A stretch of 64,000 nucleotides of DNA from assembly GCA_965212055.1 (NCBI GenBank), contig OZ243041.1, positions 480,001 to 544,000 of the forward strand, read 5' to 3'. This stretch comes from Fidelibacterota bacterium. Its GTDB lineage: Bacteria; Fidelibacterota; Marinisomatia; Marinisomatales; Marinisomataceae. Within the stretch, counting starts at the first letter, position 1. The number at the start of each line of letters is the position of its first letter. Of the stretch, positions 26,908-37,268 are shown one piece after another. A program made the translations under genes and the position numbers. The notes beneath the pieces are model-generated. The model was given only the letters and a program-made list of their open reading frames with translations. It did no database searches and was not told the origin of the DNA.

Positions 26908-29112
26908 GTGCATAACAAGCTCATATATATCTTATTTCTCGGATTTTTATACTCTCAAAGTTTTTTAGACTTAACTCCGCGTCCATCATATAATATCAAT
27001 AAAATTGATACCCCAATTACGCTTGATGGTCAACTGGATGAAGAAAGCTGGGGGTTAGCTCAGATTGCCACAGGGTTTACTGATACTAGAGCTTTTGAAG
27101 GCGATCCCGCTGCATTTAAAACAGAAGTAAAGTTATTATATGATGATACAAATCTCTATGTAGGATTTATTGCATATACGCCTCCAGAAAAGATTAGAAC
27201 TTCACTCTCAAAAAGAGATCATCTCAATGACGATGATAATTGGGTTGGAGTTGACATAGATCTATTTGATGATGAAGCTCTTATCTATGCATTTGGATCA
27301 AATCCATCTGGTACACAGATAGATGGGCGTGGTGGATATCGTCTTGATAGATCTTTAGATTTAATTTTTGATGTCAAAACAAGCATTACAGACTATGGTT
27401 ATATTGTAGAGTTTGCTATTCCGTTTTCAAGCTTAAGATATTCAGTTGGAAAAAATCAAAATTGGAGGATTAATTTCCTTCGTAGTTACACGACAGATGA
27501 CGAAATAGAACATAAAGTTGTTTGGGCATCAAATATTCAAGGAATTGAATGTCATACCTGTCAGATGGCTTTTTTAAAAGGTCTTGAACCTCCAAAACAA
27601 GAAGCTGGAAATATTGAATATATTCCTTCATTAGTTGCTGGATATTCTGAAGATTTTAACAATGATTCAAGTAGCAACAATACTGAACCATCCTTATTTG
27701 TTAAATATCCTGTTTCTTCTGTGGATTTACTTGAGATTGCAATCAATCCAGATTTTAGTCAAATCGAATCAGATGATATTAAAAATGATATCAATACAGT
27801 AAATGCATTGTATTTCAGAGAAAGAAGACCCTTTTTTAGTGAAGGAGCTGAATTATTTAAATTTGACCCAAATCGCGGATTTATTAATTTATTCTATTCA
27901 AGAACCATTAATGATCCATCTGTAGCAGTAAAATACACAGGAAAAGTTGGAAAAACATCGTATGGGGTAATTAGTGCTATAGATGAATCGTCTCCATTAC
28001 TTTTACCTTTTGAAGAATCAAGCACTATTGTACAAATGGGTGAAAGCACATCCAATATTGTACGTGTAAAACGTATGTTAAAAAATGCAAGCTCCATTGG
28101 GGCAATTATTACTAATCGTACCTTTGATGAAGGTGGGGATATGACTACAGGAGGGATAGATTTTCATTATCATCCTGGAAAGAATTTACATTTAACTCTT
28201 CATGCTACTGCATCAATTCATAATGAACCTGATTCTCTATCAACAATATTTGATGATAATCCTTACACATTTGATAACCATACTGCCAAATTTGACGGAG
28301 AAGAGATTACAGGAAATGCATTAGGGTTTAGTTTATCAAAAATGGATAGAACTGATACTACAGGTTTAACCATACGTCTTCGTTCTCCAGGATTTCGAAC
28401 CAGTAATGGATTTGAGAAAAATAATTCCACAAAGTGGATAAAGCTGTCTAAAGGAAAAGGTATTTTCTATGATAACCATCCACGATTGTTGGCATCAGGA
28501 CATAGAGTTAGTATGGTTCATAAAACAAATTATGATGGCGATATTAAAAAACAAGAATTTGAATTCAACAATGAGTTTAATTTTTTAAATGGATATGTGT
28601 TACAAATTGGGACTGAGATTGAGAATGAACTCTTTCGTGGAGTGCAATTTGATAATATGTTTGATATGAATATTAGTGTTACTGGTAAACTAAATGCCAA
28701 GACAAAAATTCATGGAGGAATTGCTGGTGGTGAGACAATTATCCGATATTTAGATACTCCAGAACAAACCGATTCCTATGGAATTTGGAGCTATGTTGAA
28801 TATAAAATTTCAGATCAAGCGAGTACCGGTACTGGAATACAATATGAGGATGCAAAAAATTATTATGATGGTTTTCTACTTAATTCATGGTATACACATT
28901 CTTTCACATCGAAACTGTCTTTAAGAACCAAGATACAGTATAGCGATTTTTCTCATAATTGGTTTATTGAACCAATGTTGACCTATCAACCAAATGCATT
29001 CTCCGCATTATACTTTGGAATTAATGAACTTCTTTCTACAGAAGATGATATGTTCTCAAATTTAACTGAGTCAGAACGTCAATTATTTGTTAAGTTTCAA
29101 TACTTGCTTTAA
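26908..29112 (+). CDS. CBM9-like sugar-binding + DUF5916 outer-membrane protein
   Basis: LDG.LDE..W, YDD.NLY, EFAIPFSSLRY, NPDFSQIESD, E.RPFF.EG, LFYSR.I, terminal FVKFQYLL. Confidence 0.85.
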   Translation: MHNKLIYILFLGFLYSQSFLDLTPRPSYNINKIDTPITLDGQLDEESWGLAQIATGFTDTRAFEGDPAAFKTEVKLLYDDTNLYVGFIAYTPPEKIRTSLSKRDHLNDDDNWVGVDIDLFDDEALIYAFGSNPSGTQIDGRGGYRLDRSLDLIFDVKTSITDYGYIVEFAIPFSSLRYSVGKNQNWRINFLRSYTTDDEIEHKVVWASNIQGIECHTCQMAFLKGLEPPKQEAGNIEYIPSLVAGYSEDFNNDSSSNNTEPSLFVKYPVSSVDLLEIAINPDFSQIESDDIKNDINTVNALYFRERRPFFSEGAELFKFDPNRGFINLFYSRTINDPSVAVKYTGKVGKTSYGVISAIDESSPLLLPFEESSTIVQMGESTSNIVRVKRMLKNASSIGAIITNRTFDEGGDMTTGGIDFHYHPGKNLHLTLHATASIHNEPDSLSTIFDDNPYTFDNHTAKFDGEEITGNALGFSLSKMDRTDTTGLTIRLRSPGFRTSNGFEKNNSTKWIKLSKGKGIFYDNHPRLLASGHRVSMVHKTNYDGDIKKQEFEFNNEFNFLNGYVLQIGTEIENELFRGVQFDNMFDMNISVTGKLNAKTKIHGGIAGGETIIRYLDTPEQTDSYGIWSYVEYKISDQASTGTGIQYEDAKNYYDGFLLNSWYTHSFTSKLSLRTKIQYSDFSHNWFIEPMLTYQPNAFSALYFGINELLSTEDDMFSNLTESERQLFVKFQYLL

Positions 29113-29568
29113 TTGATGAAAAAAATATTAATACTATCCCTTCTATTAACATTCTATGGATGTGCTATTTCTATCGGCAATAAGGTTGCAGATGTTTCAG
29201 ATGATAATAATGTAGTCACAAATGGAAATAGTGTATATCATTCGAATGGGAATTCTATGATTGCATTTAATAAGATTTCCCCCAAGAAACGTGGCGCATT
29301 TGAAATGTTGAACAAAACCATTATTATGCCAGCAATTGAACGTGCAAATCTACCTGTATATAATAGCTTAACTTTCTTAGCACCAGACGAGCAAAATGAA
29401 GATGGAACATATACTTTTCTTTATGTCGCAAGTCCTTATTTGGAAAATGAAGATTACGATATTTTATCTATGTTGATTGCAGTGCATGGCAGGCCAAGAG
29501 CAGAGGAATATTTTCAACTATGGCTAGATTGTTTTGCTGAAGAACAAAAAACATTATTGTTTAAATGA
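29113..29568 (+). CDS. Hypothetical lipoprotein
   Basis: Lipobox FYGC; 151-aa ORF within the operon. Confidence 0.7.
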   Translation: MMKKILILSLLLTFYGCAISIGNKVADVSDDNNVVTNGNSVYHSNGNSMIAFNKISPKKRGAFEMLNKTIIMPAIERANLPVYNSLTFLAPDEQNEDGTYTFLYVASPYLENEDYDILSMLIAVHGRPRAEEYFQLWLDCFAEEQKTLLFK

Positions 29569-30281
29569 TAAAATCGTGTCTTTTTGATTCGTTCTGTATT
29601 AAATTTTTTCAAATGCAAATCCAAAAGAATTTTTTTATTACACTTCTCAGTTGTTCGTTTGTTTTTGCTCAAACCTTACAAGTCAATGATGCGACCCTTT
29701 CTTCAGGAGATTACAATACTGGAACTACGCTCGGTATAACTGACTCGGATGTTTTGATTTATTCCAATGCGCTTGTGCACAATTTATATGTGTGGGGAAT
29801 TCCTTGGTATACAGACACAAAAACTTTTCCAGCCCAAATCACACTACCGATTGATAATAGAGCTTATATAATAAGTTTATATAAGAAATCAATATATCAA
29901 TCCGTTTCTGCAGAGTTACAAACTTTTGATTTCGACAATAGGCCAGTGGAAGAATTTGAGGCGTTACAAGATGAGCTTCAGCGTATGAAAATTGGTACAA
30001 AATTGGTTAGACCAATACCTGGAAAATCAGAGTCTGTATTTCTTGTATATTGTCCAGAAGAAGATATATCATGTGAGGAAGGACTACACTGGCGAGATGG
30101 TTTTTCAGCAAAATTTTATGATCAACAACAAGAAGTATATATGCATTCACAATTAAATAAACCTAGTGAATACCTTAGTGAAGAAGAGGAACAGTTAATT
30201 AAAAGACATCGTGGAGGTGTTGGGATGTTAGTTGGTTTTTTCTCAATGGGTATATGGTTACTTGATAGGTCCTTACAGTGA
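29565..30281 (+). CDS. Hypothetical exported protein with C-terminal hydrophobic segment (start may be ATG 29613)
   Basis: Signal-like FFITLLSCSFVFA; stop overlaps thrS GTG. Confidence 0.65.
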   Translation: MIKSCLFDSFCIKFFQMQIQKNFFITLLSCSFVFAQTLQVNDATLSSGDYNTGTTLGITDSDVLIYSNALVHNLYVWGIPWYTDTKTFPAQITLPIDNRAYIISLYKKSIYQSVSAELQTFDFDNRPVEEFEALQDELQRMKIGTKLVRPIPGKSESVFLVYCPEEDISCEEGLHWRDGFSAKFYDQQQEVYMHSQLNKPSEYLSEEEEQLIKRHRGGVGMLVGFFSMGIWLLDRSLQ

Positions 30282-32218
30282 AAAATATTTCCATTAATAT
30301 TATTGGCGCTTCTACTGGATCTTATCCAGCTGGGATTACTCCTTTAGAAATTTCAGAATCTGTAAAGGAAATACCAAAAAATGTTGTGATCTGTAAGGTT
30401 GATGATGTGTTAACTGATTTAAATGAACCTTTGGCTAAAGATGCAACCATCCAATTTTTAGACGCAAAAAGCAAAGATGGTCATAGTGTTCTGTTGCATA
30501 GTACTGCACATTTAATGGCACAAGCAGTAAAAAGACTTTTTCCTAAGACTAAAGTAACAATTGGTCCATATCTGGATAACAAATTTTACTATGATTTTGA
30601 TGTTGAAACTCCTTTTTCTGAAGAAGATTTAAGCAGTATTGAAAAAGAGATGCATAAGATATCTAAAGAGAATCTTGAGATTACACATGAGGTAAAATCA
30701 AGAAAAGATGCAGTAAGCCTCTTTAAAAAGATGAAAGAGTCTTATAAAGTTGAGATTATTAATGATTTAGAAAAGAGCGAAGTATTAAAAGTTTATTCAC
30801 AAGGAGAGTTTACTGATCTTTGTAGAGGACCACATGTTCCTTCAACTGGTACCATCAAACATTTTAAATTACTTTCTTCTTCAGCTGCTTACTGGAGAGG
30901 AGATGAAAACAATCAGACATTGCAACGGGTTTATGGAACATCTTTTCCTAGTGAGAAAGATTTAAAAAAATATCTAACAATGTTGGAAGAACAAAAGAAA
31001 CGTGATCATCGTAAGATTGGAAAAGAACTTGATTTATATTTCCATGATGATGAAGTAGGCCCTGGACTACCGCTATGGACTCCGAATGGTGCAGTTATTA
31101 TTGATGAATTAGAGGCATTAGCAAAAGAGAAAGAAGATGCTAGTGGATATAAACGCGTCCGTACACCGCATCTAACAAAAGGAGCCTTATATGAAAAATC
31201 TGGTCATCTGGAACACTATACTACAAGTATGTATCCTGCAATGGATGTAGATGGCCTAGACTATTATATAAAACCAATGAATTGTCCTCATCATCACAAG
31301 ATTTATGCTAATAGGCCAAAGAGTTACCGAGATCTACCTTATCGTCTATCAGAATACGGAACATGTTATCGTTATGAGAAATCAGGTGAACTTTTTGGAT
31401 TAATGCGTGTAAGAAGTATGCAGATGAATGATGCACATATCTATTGTACAGAGGATCAATTCAAAGAAGAGTTTATTGGGGTATGTAAACTATATATGGA
31501 ATATTTTAAAATTTTTGGTATTGAGAAATATGAAATGCGACTTGGTCTTCATGATCCAAAAGGGTTAGGTAAAAAATATATTAATAATCCTAAGCTATGG
31601 AAAAAAACAGAAGAAGATGTTAGAAATGCGCTAAAGGATGCTGGATTAAAATTTGTTGAATCAGTTGGAGATGCAGCATTTTATGGTCCAAAAATTGATG
31701 TGCAAGTATGGAGTGCAATTGGAAAAGAATTTAGCCTTGCAACTAACCAAGTTGATTTTGCAGTTCCTGAACGTTTTAATTTGACTTATACTGACAGTGA
31801 TGGTTCATCTAAAACACCATTATGTATTCATAGAGCTCCACTTGGAACACATGAACGTTTTATCGGATTTTTAATTGAGCATTTTGGTGGAGACTTTCCA
31901 TTATGGTTGGCACCTAAACAAGTATCCATTTTACCCGTTTCTGATAAATACAATGCTTATGCTGATCAAGTGTGTAGTGAATTAAAAAAACAGGGAGTAA
32001 GGGCTGAAGTAGACAATCGTTCAGAAAAAATTGGTGCTAAAATTAGAGATGCAGAACTACAAAAAATTAATATTATGCTAATTGTTGGAGAAAAAGAAGT
32101 TGATGGTAAAGTAGTAACAGTTAGAAGAAGATTTGTTAAAGAACAAGAAACACTTTCATTGGATAAATTTTCCAATGGAATTAGAAAAGAAATTAATGAA
32201 AGGAGTGTTACGAATTAA
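30278..32218 (+). CDS. thrS: Threonine--tRNA ligase
   Basis: TGS domain, HSTAHL, DLCRGPH, RDHRK.G, KPMNCP, FYGPKID, HRA..G..ERF. Confidence 0.98.
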   Translation: MKNISINIIGASTGSYPAGITPLEISESVKEIPKNVVICKVDDVLTDLNEPLAKDATIQFLDAKSKDGHSVLLHSTAHLMAQAVKRLFPKTKVTIGPYLDNKFYYDFDVETPFSEEDLSSIEKEMHKISKENLEITHEVKSRKDAVSLFKKMKESYKVEIINDLEKSEVLKVYSQGEFTDLCRGPHVPSTGTIKHFKLLSSSAAYWRGDENNQTLQRVYGTSFPSEKDLKKYLTMLEEQKKRDHRKIGKELDLYFHDDEVGPGLPLWTPNGAVIIDELEALAKEKEDASGYKRVRTPHLTKGALYEKSGHLEHYTTSMYPAMDVDGLDYYIKPMNCPHHHKIYANRPKSYRDLPYRLSEYGTCYRYEKSGELFGLMRVRSMQMNDAHIYCTEDQFKEEFIGVCKLYMEYFKIFGIEKYEMRLGLHDPKGLGKKYINNPKLWKKTEEDVRNALKDAGLKFVESVGDAAFYGPKIDVQVWSAIGKEFSLATNQVDFAVPERFNLTYTDSDGSSKTPLCIHRAPLGTHERFIGFLIEHFGGDFPLWLAPKQVSILPVSDKYNAYADQVCSELKKQGVRAEVDNRSEKIGAKIRDAELQKINIMLIVGEKEVDGKVVTVRRRFVKEQETLSLDKFSNGIRKEINERSVTN

Positions 32219-32723
32219 GAGACAAAGAATAAGAGTAAATAAAAGAATCTATGCAGACGAAATCCGTTTGATTGATAACAATAAAAACCAAGTAGGGGTT
32301 GTCAAAGTCCCCGAGGCATTAAGGTTGGCAGAAGAAGCTGGCCTTGATTTAGTCGAAATCTCACCGAATGCCAAACCACCTGTGTGTAAAATAATGGACT
32401 ATGGGAAATACAAGTATGAAGAAAAGAAAAAAGCACAACAGGCTCGTAAAAATCATCATATAATTAAAGTAAAAGAATTAAGAATGAGACCTAATATTGG
32501 AGATCATGATTTAGAGAATAAATTAAAAATGGGAAGAAAATTCCTAAATGAGGGTTGTAAGCTCAAATTGAGCATCATGTATCGTGGTCGAGAAATGTCC
32601 AGACAAGATTTAGGTGATGCACTTTTAGAAAAAGTTATGTTAAATTTAAGCGAAGTTGCAGAAATGGAGAAAGATAGTCCTATGATGGGAAGAAAAAAAT
32701 CTATAATATTAGCTCCTAAATAA
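32214..32723 (+). CDS. infC: Translation initiation factor IF-3 (ATT start)
   Basis: [32 protein letters not shown] at 32200-05 eight nt before in-frame ATT. Confidence 0.95.
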   Translation: MKRQRIRVNKRIYADEIRLIDNNKNQVGVVKVPEALRLAEEAGLDLVEISPNAKPPVCKIMDYGKYKYEEKKKAQQARKNHHIIKVKELRMRPNIGDHDLENKLKMGRKFLNEGCKLKLSIMYRGREMSRQDLGDALLEKVMLNLSEVAEMEKDSPMMGRKKSIILAPK

Positions 32724-32733
32724 GGGTATTTTA

Positions 32734-32928
32734 ATGCCAAAACAGAAAACAAGAAAAAGCGTATCAAAACGATTTAAACTGACAGGAAGCGGAAAAGTTA
32801 AACGCAACCGTGCAGGGCATAAGCATATGTTAATCCGTAGAGATAAGGATACAAAACGCGCAGCAAAGAAATCAATCCTTGTTGCACCTTCTGACAAGAA
32901 AAAAGTCATAAAAATGATGGGAAAATAG
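32734..32928 (+). CDS. rpmI: 50S ribosomal protein L35
   Basis: MPK.KT.K...KRFK.TGSGK; position between infC and rplT. Confidence 0.97.
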   Translation: MPKQKTRKSVSKRFKLTGSGKVKRNRAGHKHMLIRRDKDTKRAAKKSILVAPSDKKKVIKMMGK

Positions 32929-32935
32929 GTTAACA

Positions 32936-33283
32936 ATGCCAAGATCTAATAGTTCAGTTCCAAGACATAGACGACATCGTAAGACTGTCAAATTAGCCAA
33001 AGGATACTTTGGTGCAAGAAGTCGTAATTATAAAGCGGCTAAAGATGCGGTGACAAAAGCAGGGTTGTATGCATATAGAGATCGAAGACAGAAGAAACGT
33101 CAATTTAGACGTCTGTGGATTATACGTATTAATGCTGCTGCAAGACTGAATGGATTATCATATTCAAATTTTATATATCTATTAAAGGAGAAGGGCGTTG
33201 ATTTAGACAGAAAGGTATTAGCAGATTTAGCTGTTAATAACCCATCTGTTTTTGAAGACCTCGTAAAATATCTGAAAAAATAA
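32936..33283 (+). CDS. rplT: 50S ribosomal protein L20
   Basis: [30 protein letters not shown]. Confidence 0.98.
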   Translation: MPRSNSSVPRHRRHRKTVKLAKGYFGARSRNYKAAKDAVTKAGLYAYRDRRQKKRQFRRLWIIRINAAARLNGLSYSNFIYLLKEKGVDLDRKVLADLAVNNPSVFEDLVKYLKK

Positions 33284-33291
33284 AATAAAAG

Positions 33292-34275
33292 GTGTCTATG
33301 GATAAAGCTATTAATAAGGTTAAGACATCTTTTCACTCAGAACTGGAATCTTGTAAAACATCAGAAAATCTTGAACAGCTTCGTATTAAATATTTAGGTA
33401 GAAAAGGACAACTAACTGATTTGTTTAATCAGTTTGGTGCTCTTAGCAATAAGGAAAAACCTAAATATGGAAAAACTTTAAATATTCTTAAGTCAGATCT
33501 TACAGCATCCTATAATAACAAACTTGCTACATTTAATTCAGATCAAGGAAGCGATGACAGAAGAGATTTTTCATTACCAGGGTATGCACTACCAAAAGGG
33601 AATATCCATCCTCTTGAACATGTTACTGATGAGATAAAATCTATCTTTCAATCTATTGGATTCTCAGTGGCTTATGGTCCAGAAATTGATGATGATTACC
33701 ATAATTTTGAAGCACTAAATGTGCCTAAACACCATCCTGCAAGGGATATGCAAGATACCTTTTTTATTGATTCAGATGTAGTATTACGTACCCATACTTC
33801 CAATGTCCAGATTCATTTGATGGAAAATCAAGATCCGCCTCTCCGACATATTTGTTGTGGAAGAGTATTTAGAAATGAAGCAGTCAGTTATAAGAGCTTT
33901 TGTTTATTCCATCAAGTAGAAGGATTGGTTATTAATGAATCATCTTCATTTGCAGAGATGAAAGGAACCTTAGAATATTTTGCAAAAGAAATGTTTGGGA
34001 AAGACACAAAAATGCGTTTTCGACCAAGTTATTTTCCGTTTACAGAGCCAAGTGCAGAAGTTGATATCTGGAATGATAAATTAAACCAATGGATGGAAAT
34101 TCTTGGATGCGGAATGGTTAACCCAAATGTTTTAGAAAATGTTGGATATGATAGTGAAAAATATCAAGGATTTGCCTTTGGTATGGGAATAGAACGTATT
34201 GCAATGATTAAATATGGCATTAGAGATATCAGACTATTTTATCAAAATGATAAACGATTTTTGGAGCAATTTTAA
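33292..34275 (+). CDS. pheS: Phenylalanine--tRNA ligase alpha subunit
   Basis: HPARDMQDTF, LRTHTS, FHQVEG, FRPSYFPFTEPS, GFAFGMGIER. Confidence 0.98.
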   Translation: MSMDKAINKVKTSFHSELESCKTSENLEQLRIKYLGRKGQLTDLFNQFGALSNKEKPKYGKTLNILKSDLTASYNNKLATFNSDQGSDDRRDFSLPGYALPKGNIHPLEHVTDEIKSIFQSIGFSVAYGPEIDDDYHNFEALNVPKHHPARDMQDTFFIDSDVVLRTHTSNVQIHLMENQDPPLRHICCGRVFRNEAVSYKSFCLFHQVEGLVINESSSFAEMKGTLEYFAKEMFGKDTKMRFRPSYFPFTEPSAEVDIWNDKLNQWMEILGCGMVNPNVLENVGYDSEKYQGFAFGMGIERIAMIKYGIRDIRLFYQNDKRFLEQF

Positions 34276-36947
34276 TGAAAGTATCTCTTCCATGGCTTAA
34301 GCGTTTTGTAAACTTCAAACAATCTGCATCTGAATTAGCTGATTTATTAACAATGTTGGGATTTGAATCTGAAGTTGTGACCGATTTTTCTGTACTTAAA
34401 AATATTGTTGTAGGAGAAGTAGAATCATCCAAAAAACACCCCAATGCAGATAAATTAAAGTTCTGTATAGTAAACGATGGTAAGATGACCCATGAAGTTG
34501 TATGTGGTGCACCTAATGTTGCTACAGGCCAGAAGATTGTTTTTGCTAAAGTTGGTGCAGTATTACCGGGAAATTTCAAAATTGGTAAGGCAAAAATTCG
34601 AGGAATTGAAAGCAATGGAATGATTTGTTCAGAAAGAGAACTTGGAATTTCAGAAGAACATGATGGAATTATGGTATTGGACCCAGGAGTAAAAAATGGT
34701 ACTAATGTTGCCGACATCTTAGGACCAATGTATGATGCAATTGATATTGATATTACTCCCGACAAAGCGTTTGCATTAAGTCATCGTGGTATTGCTAGAG
34801 AACTTGCAGCAAAATTCAATAAAAAACTTAAAAGCCCACTTAATGCAAAAAGAGTTATTCCGGATTCAAAAGAGAAGGTAAAAGTTATCTTAGATAAGAA
34901 AGGTGGATGTCCCCGTTATGTTGCAGGAATTGTTAATAATGTAAAAGTAGGACCTTCACCACAATGGTTATCCGATTATTTAAAGTCAGTTGGACAAAAA
35001 AGCATTAATAATCTAGTTGATATTTCAAATTTTATGTTACTTGAAATTGGACATCCGACCCATATCTTTGATTTAGACAAGTTATCTGAACCAACTATTG
35101 AGGTAAAATGGGCAAAAAAAGGAGAAAAATTTGCTGCTCTTGATGAAGAATCATATATATTAGATTCTGATCATTTAGTTATTACCGATTCGGTTAATAC
35201 TGTTGCTTTAGCGGGAATTATTGGTGGAAAAGATAGTGCCGTTTCAGATACGACAACCAATGTATTGATTGAAAGTGCTTATTTTGATCCTATTGTCGTC
35301 AGAAAAGGATCAAAAAAATTAAATTTATTATCAGAAGCTTCTAGAAGATTTGAGCGAGGAGCAGACCCAGATGCTACTTTGGATGCATTCTATATGATTG
35401 TTAGACTGATGGAAGAGGTTGCTGGTGGGGAATTAGGGTCTATTGTAACAGACCAATGTACATTTGATTTAAAACCACGTAAGATAACACTTTCACATAG
35501 AAAATTATCAAAATATACTGGATTTAATATTCCCAATAAGAAAGTAGAACATATTCTTTCTGGATTACAGATTGGTTGTCAAACAAGGGGAGAGAGCGTT
35601 ATTCCTATGAATGTAGCAGAAATTCTTTCAAACTCGAATAAACTAGAGTCTATGAGAATAAGAACGGAATTTAGACCCTTTATGCGCAATATTGTGGATC
35701 ACTTACAAGTTATTGGTGAGATTACAAGGAAAAATGCAAGCAGTTATCGTCGTGATATTAGGTTTGGATCAAAAGAAACCTTATCAGAATTAGCCAAAGT
35801 ACTTAAGAAAAATCATTCTGACAGTCTTCCAAAAGAATTTATTCCTAAAATAGCAGGGAAAAAGTCCAATAAAAGTGTTGATACACAGAAGTGGATTTGC
35901 ACGATTCCTTCCTTTAGGGGAGATCTTGTAAATGAAGCTGATTTAATTGAAGAAATATTGCGTTGTTATGGGTATGATAATATTGTTCCATCCTACAGTT
36001 TCTCCTCTCAAATGCAGTATGCAGAAGATGAAGAACGCCCACTATCTCATTTAAAGAAGTATTTATCCTCTATTGGATTTCAACAATGTTACAATAATTC
36101 CCTTGAAGAAAGAGATAGTATAGCAAAATTCGGAGTAGAATCTCTATCTGTTATGAATCCTTCTTCTGATAGAATGAATGTTTTACGAACCTCGTTACAT
36201 CAAGGATTGCTCAAAACGCTTGATTTTAATTACAAAAATGGTACACAAGATATATTAATCTATGAGCAAGGGACGATATTTGAGAAAAAAGGGGATACCT
36301 TGGATGACATTGAGCAAAAAAATGCTTTTTCTTGTCTAGTACATGGTGATTTTGCTGAGCCAAATGTTCATTTTAGCCCGATTGAAGGAAATTTCTTCTT
36401 ATTAAAGGGATTAGCAGAAAATATTTTTAACAATTTATTGAAGATAAAAATAAAATTTATCAAAGAATCACATTCATATTGTGGTACTTTTTATAACATA
36501 GTAGATTCTCAAAAGAATTCAGTTGGATCGCTAGGTATTATAAACGAAGAATTCTTAAAGGAAATGGATATTTTACACAGGACAGACGTATGTATTATGG
36601 ATATTAATACAGAAAATTTTAAAGAATGTTTTAATTATAATATTAAAACAGAAGATATTGTGTTATATCCGATAGTAAACAGGGATTTAAATTTTATAAT
36701 GGATAACAGCATAGAATTAGCACAAGTATGTACTACGATAAAGAATGTCAACCAATCTTTATTAAAGGAAGTAGTTCCTGTAGATGTGTTTGAATCAAAA
36801 GAGCTAAAAAATGAGAAAAGTGTGCTGTTTAAGTTGTACTTTCAGAACCCTAAGAAAACACTTGAAGATAATGAAGTAAATTCTATTATTGCTGAGATTA
36901 TAGATATTGTTTTGAAGAAATTTAATGCTAAATTAAGAGACCAATAA
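34275..36947 (+). CDS. pheT: Phenylalanine--tRNA ligase beta subunit (890 aa, with internal insertion)
   Basis: HPNADKL, VCGAPN, SNGMICSERELG, IESAYF, RFERG.D, PSFR.DL..E.DLIEE, YP.V.RD. Confidence 0.96.
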   Translation: MKVSLPWLKRFVNFKQSASELADLLTMLGFESEVVTDFSVLKNIVVGEVESSKKHPNADKLKFCIVNDGKMTHEVVCGAPNVATGQKIVFAKVGAVLPGNFKIGKAKIRGIESNGMICSERELGISEEHDGIMVLDPGVKNGTNVADILGPMYDAIDIDITPDKAFALSHRGIARELAAKFNKKLKSPLNAKRVIPDSKEKVKVILDKKGGCPRYVAGIVNNVKVGPSPQWLSDYLKSVGQKSINNLVDISNFMLLEIGHPTHIFDLDKLSEPTIEVKWAKKGEKFAALDEESYILDSDHLVITDSVNTVALAGIIGGKDSAVSDTTTNVLIESAYFDPIVVRKGSKKLNLLSEASRRFERGADPDATLDAFYMIVRLMEEVAGGELGSIVTDQCTFDLKPRKITLSHRKLSKYTGFNIPNKKVEHILSGLQIGCQTRGESVIPMNVAEILSNSNKLESMRIRTEFRPFMRNIVDHLQVIGEITRKNASSYRRDIRFGSKETLSELAKVLKKNHSDSLPKEFIPKIAGKKSNKSVDTQKWICTIPSFRGDLVNEADLIEEILRCYGYDNIVPSYSFSSQMQYAEDEERPLSHLKKYLSSIGFQQCYNNSLEERDSIAKFGVESLSVMNPSSDRMNVLRTSLHQGLLKTLDFNYKNGTQDILIYEQGTIFEKKGDTLDDIEQKNAFSCLVHGDFAEPNVHFSPIEGNFFLLKGLAENIFNNLLKIKIKFIKESHSYCGTFYNIVDSQKNSVGSLGIINEEFLKEMDILHRTDVCIMDINTENFKECFNYNIKTEDIVLYPIVNRDLNFIMDNSIELAQVCTTIKNVNQSLLKEVVPVDVFESKELKNEKSVLFKLYFQNPKKTLEDNEVNSIIAEIIDIVLKKFNAKLRDQ

Positions 36948-36958
36948 AAGGAAAAATT

Positions 36959-37249
36959 ATGGAAAACAAAGAACCAAAAAGTATAATGGTTAAGATTTTT
37001 GGAAGAGATTATCCGTTTAAAGCTACTACAGACGAAGACAGTATTAAGGAAGCGGCTAGACAAGTCGATAAGAAAATGAAAGATATATCAAGAGAAGCTC
37101 CTAATTTGTCTACAGAAGATATTGCAATATTAGCAGCAATGCATCTTTCTGATAATTTAAATAAAACAAGTAGAGGAGATAGTTCTTTTAAATATCAAAT
37201 TGAGTCAAGAATTGAATCTTTAATTCAACGCATTGATCAAGTTATTTAA
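36959..37249 (+). CDS. zapA: Cell division protein ZapA
   Basis: V.IFGRDY, AA..VD.KM..I, AILAA; usual position after pheT. Confidence 0.88.
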   Translation: MENKEPKSIMVKIFGRDYPFKATTDEDSIKEAARQVDKKMKDISREAPNLSTEDIAILAAMHLSDNLNKTSRGDSSFKYQIESRIESLIQRIDQVI

Positions 37250-37268
37250 GTAAAAAGGAGAAGTTTAA

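Noticed and set aside
30200..30280. T-box or attenuator leaders for thrS, pheS or leuS
   Set aside because: Each gene overlaps or abuts its upstream CDS, leaving no leader space
34229..34765. 178-aa antisense ORF and the many 60-130 aa ORFs nested in long genes
   Set aside because: They lie opposite or within well-supported genes and show no motifs or RBS
35577..35900. Intein in PheT (insert begins near a Cys)
   Set aside because: No C-terminal HN/HQ followed by C/S/T at the junction, no recognisable TxxH block, and short for a mini-intein
37250..37268. 6S RNA or rny after zapA
   Set aside because: Only 19 nt separate zapA from folD
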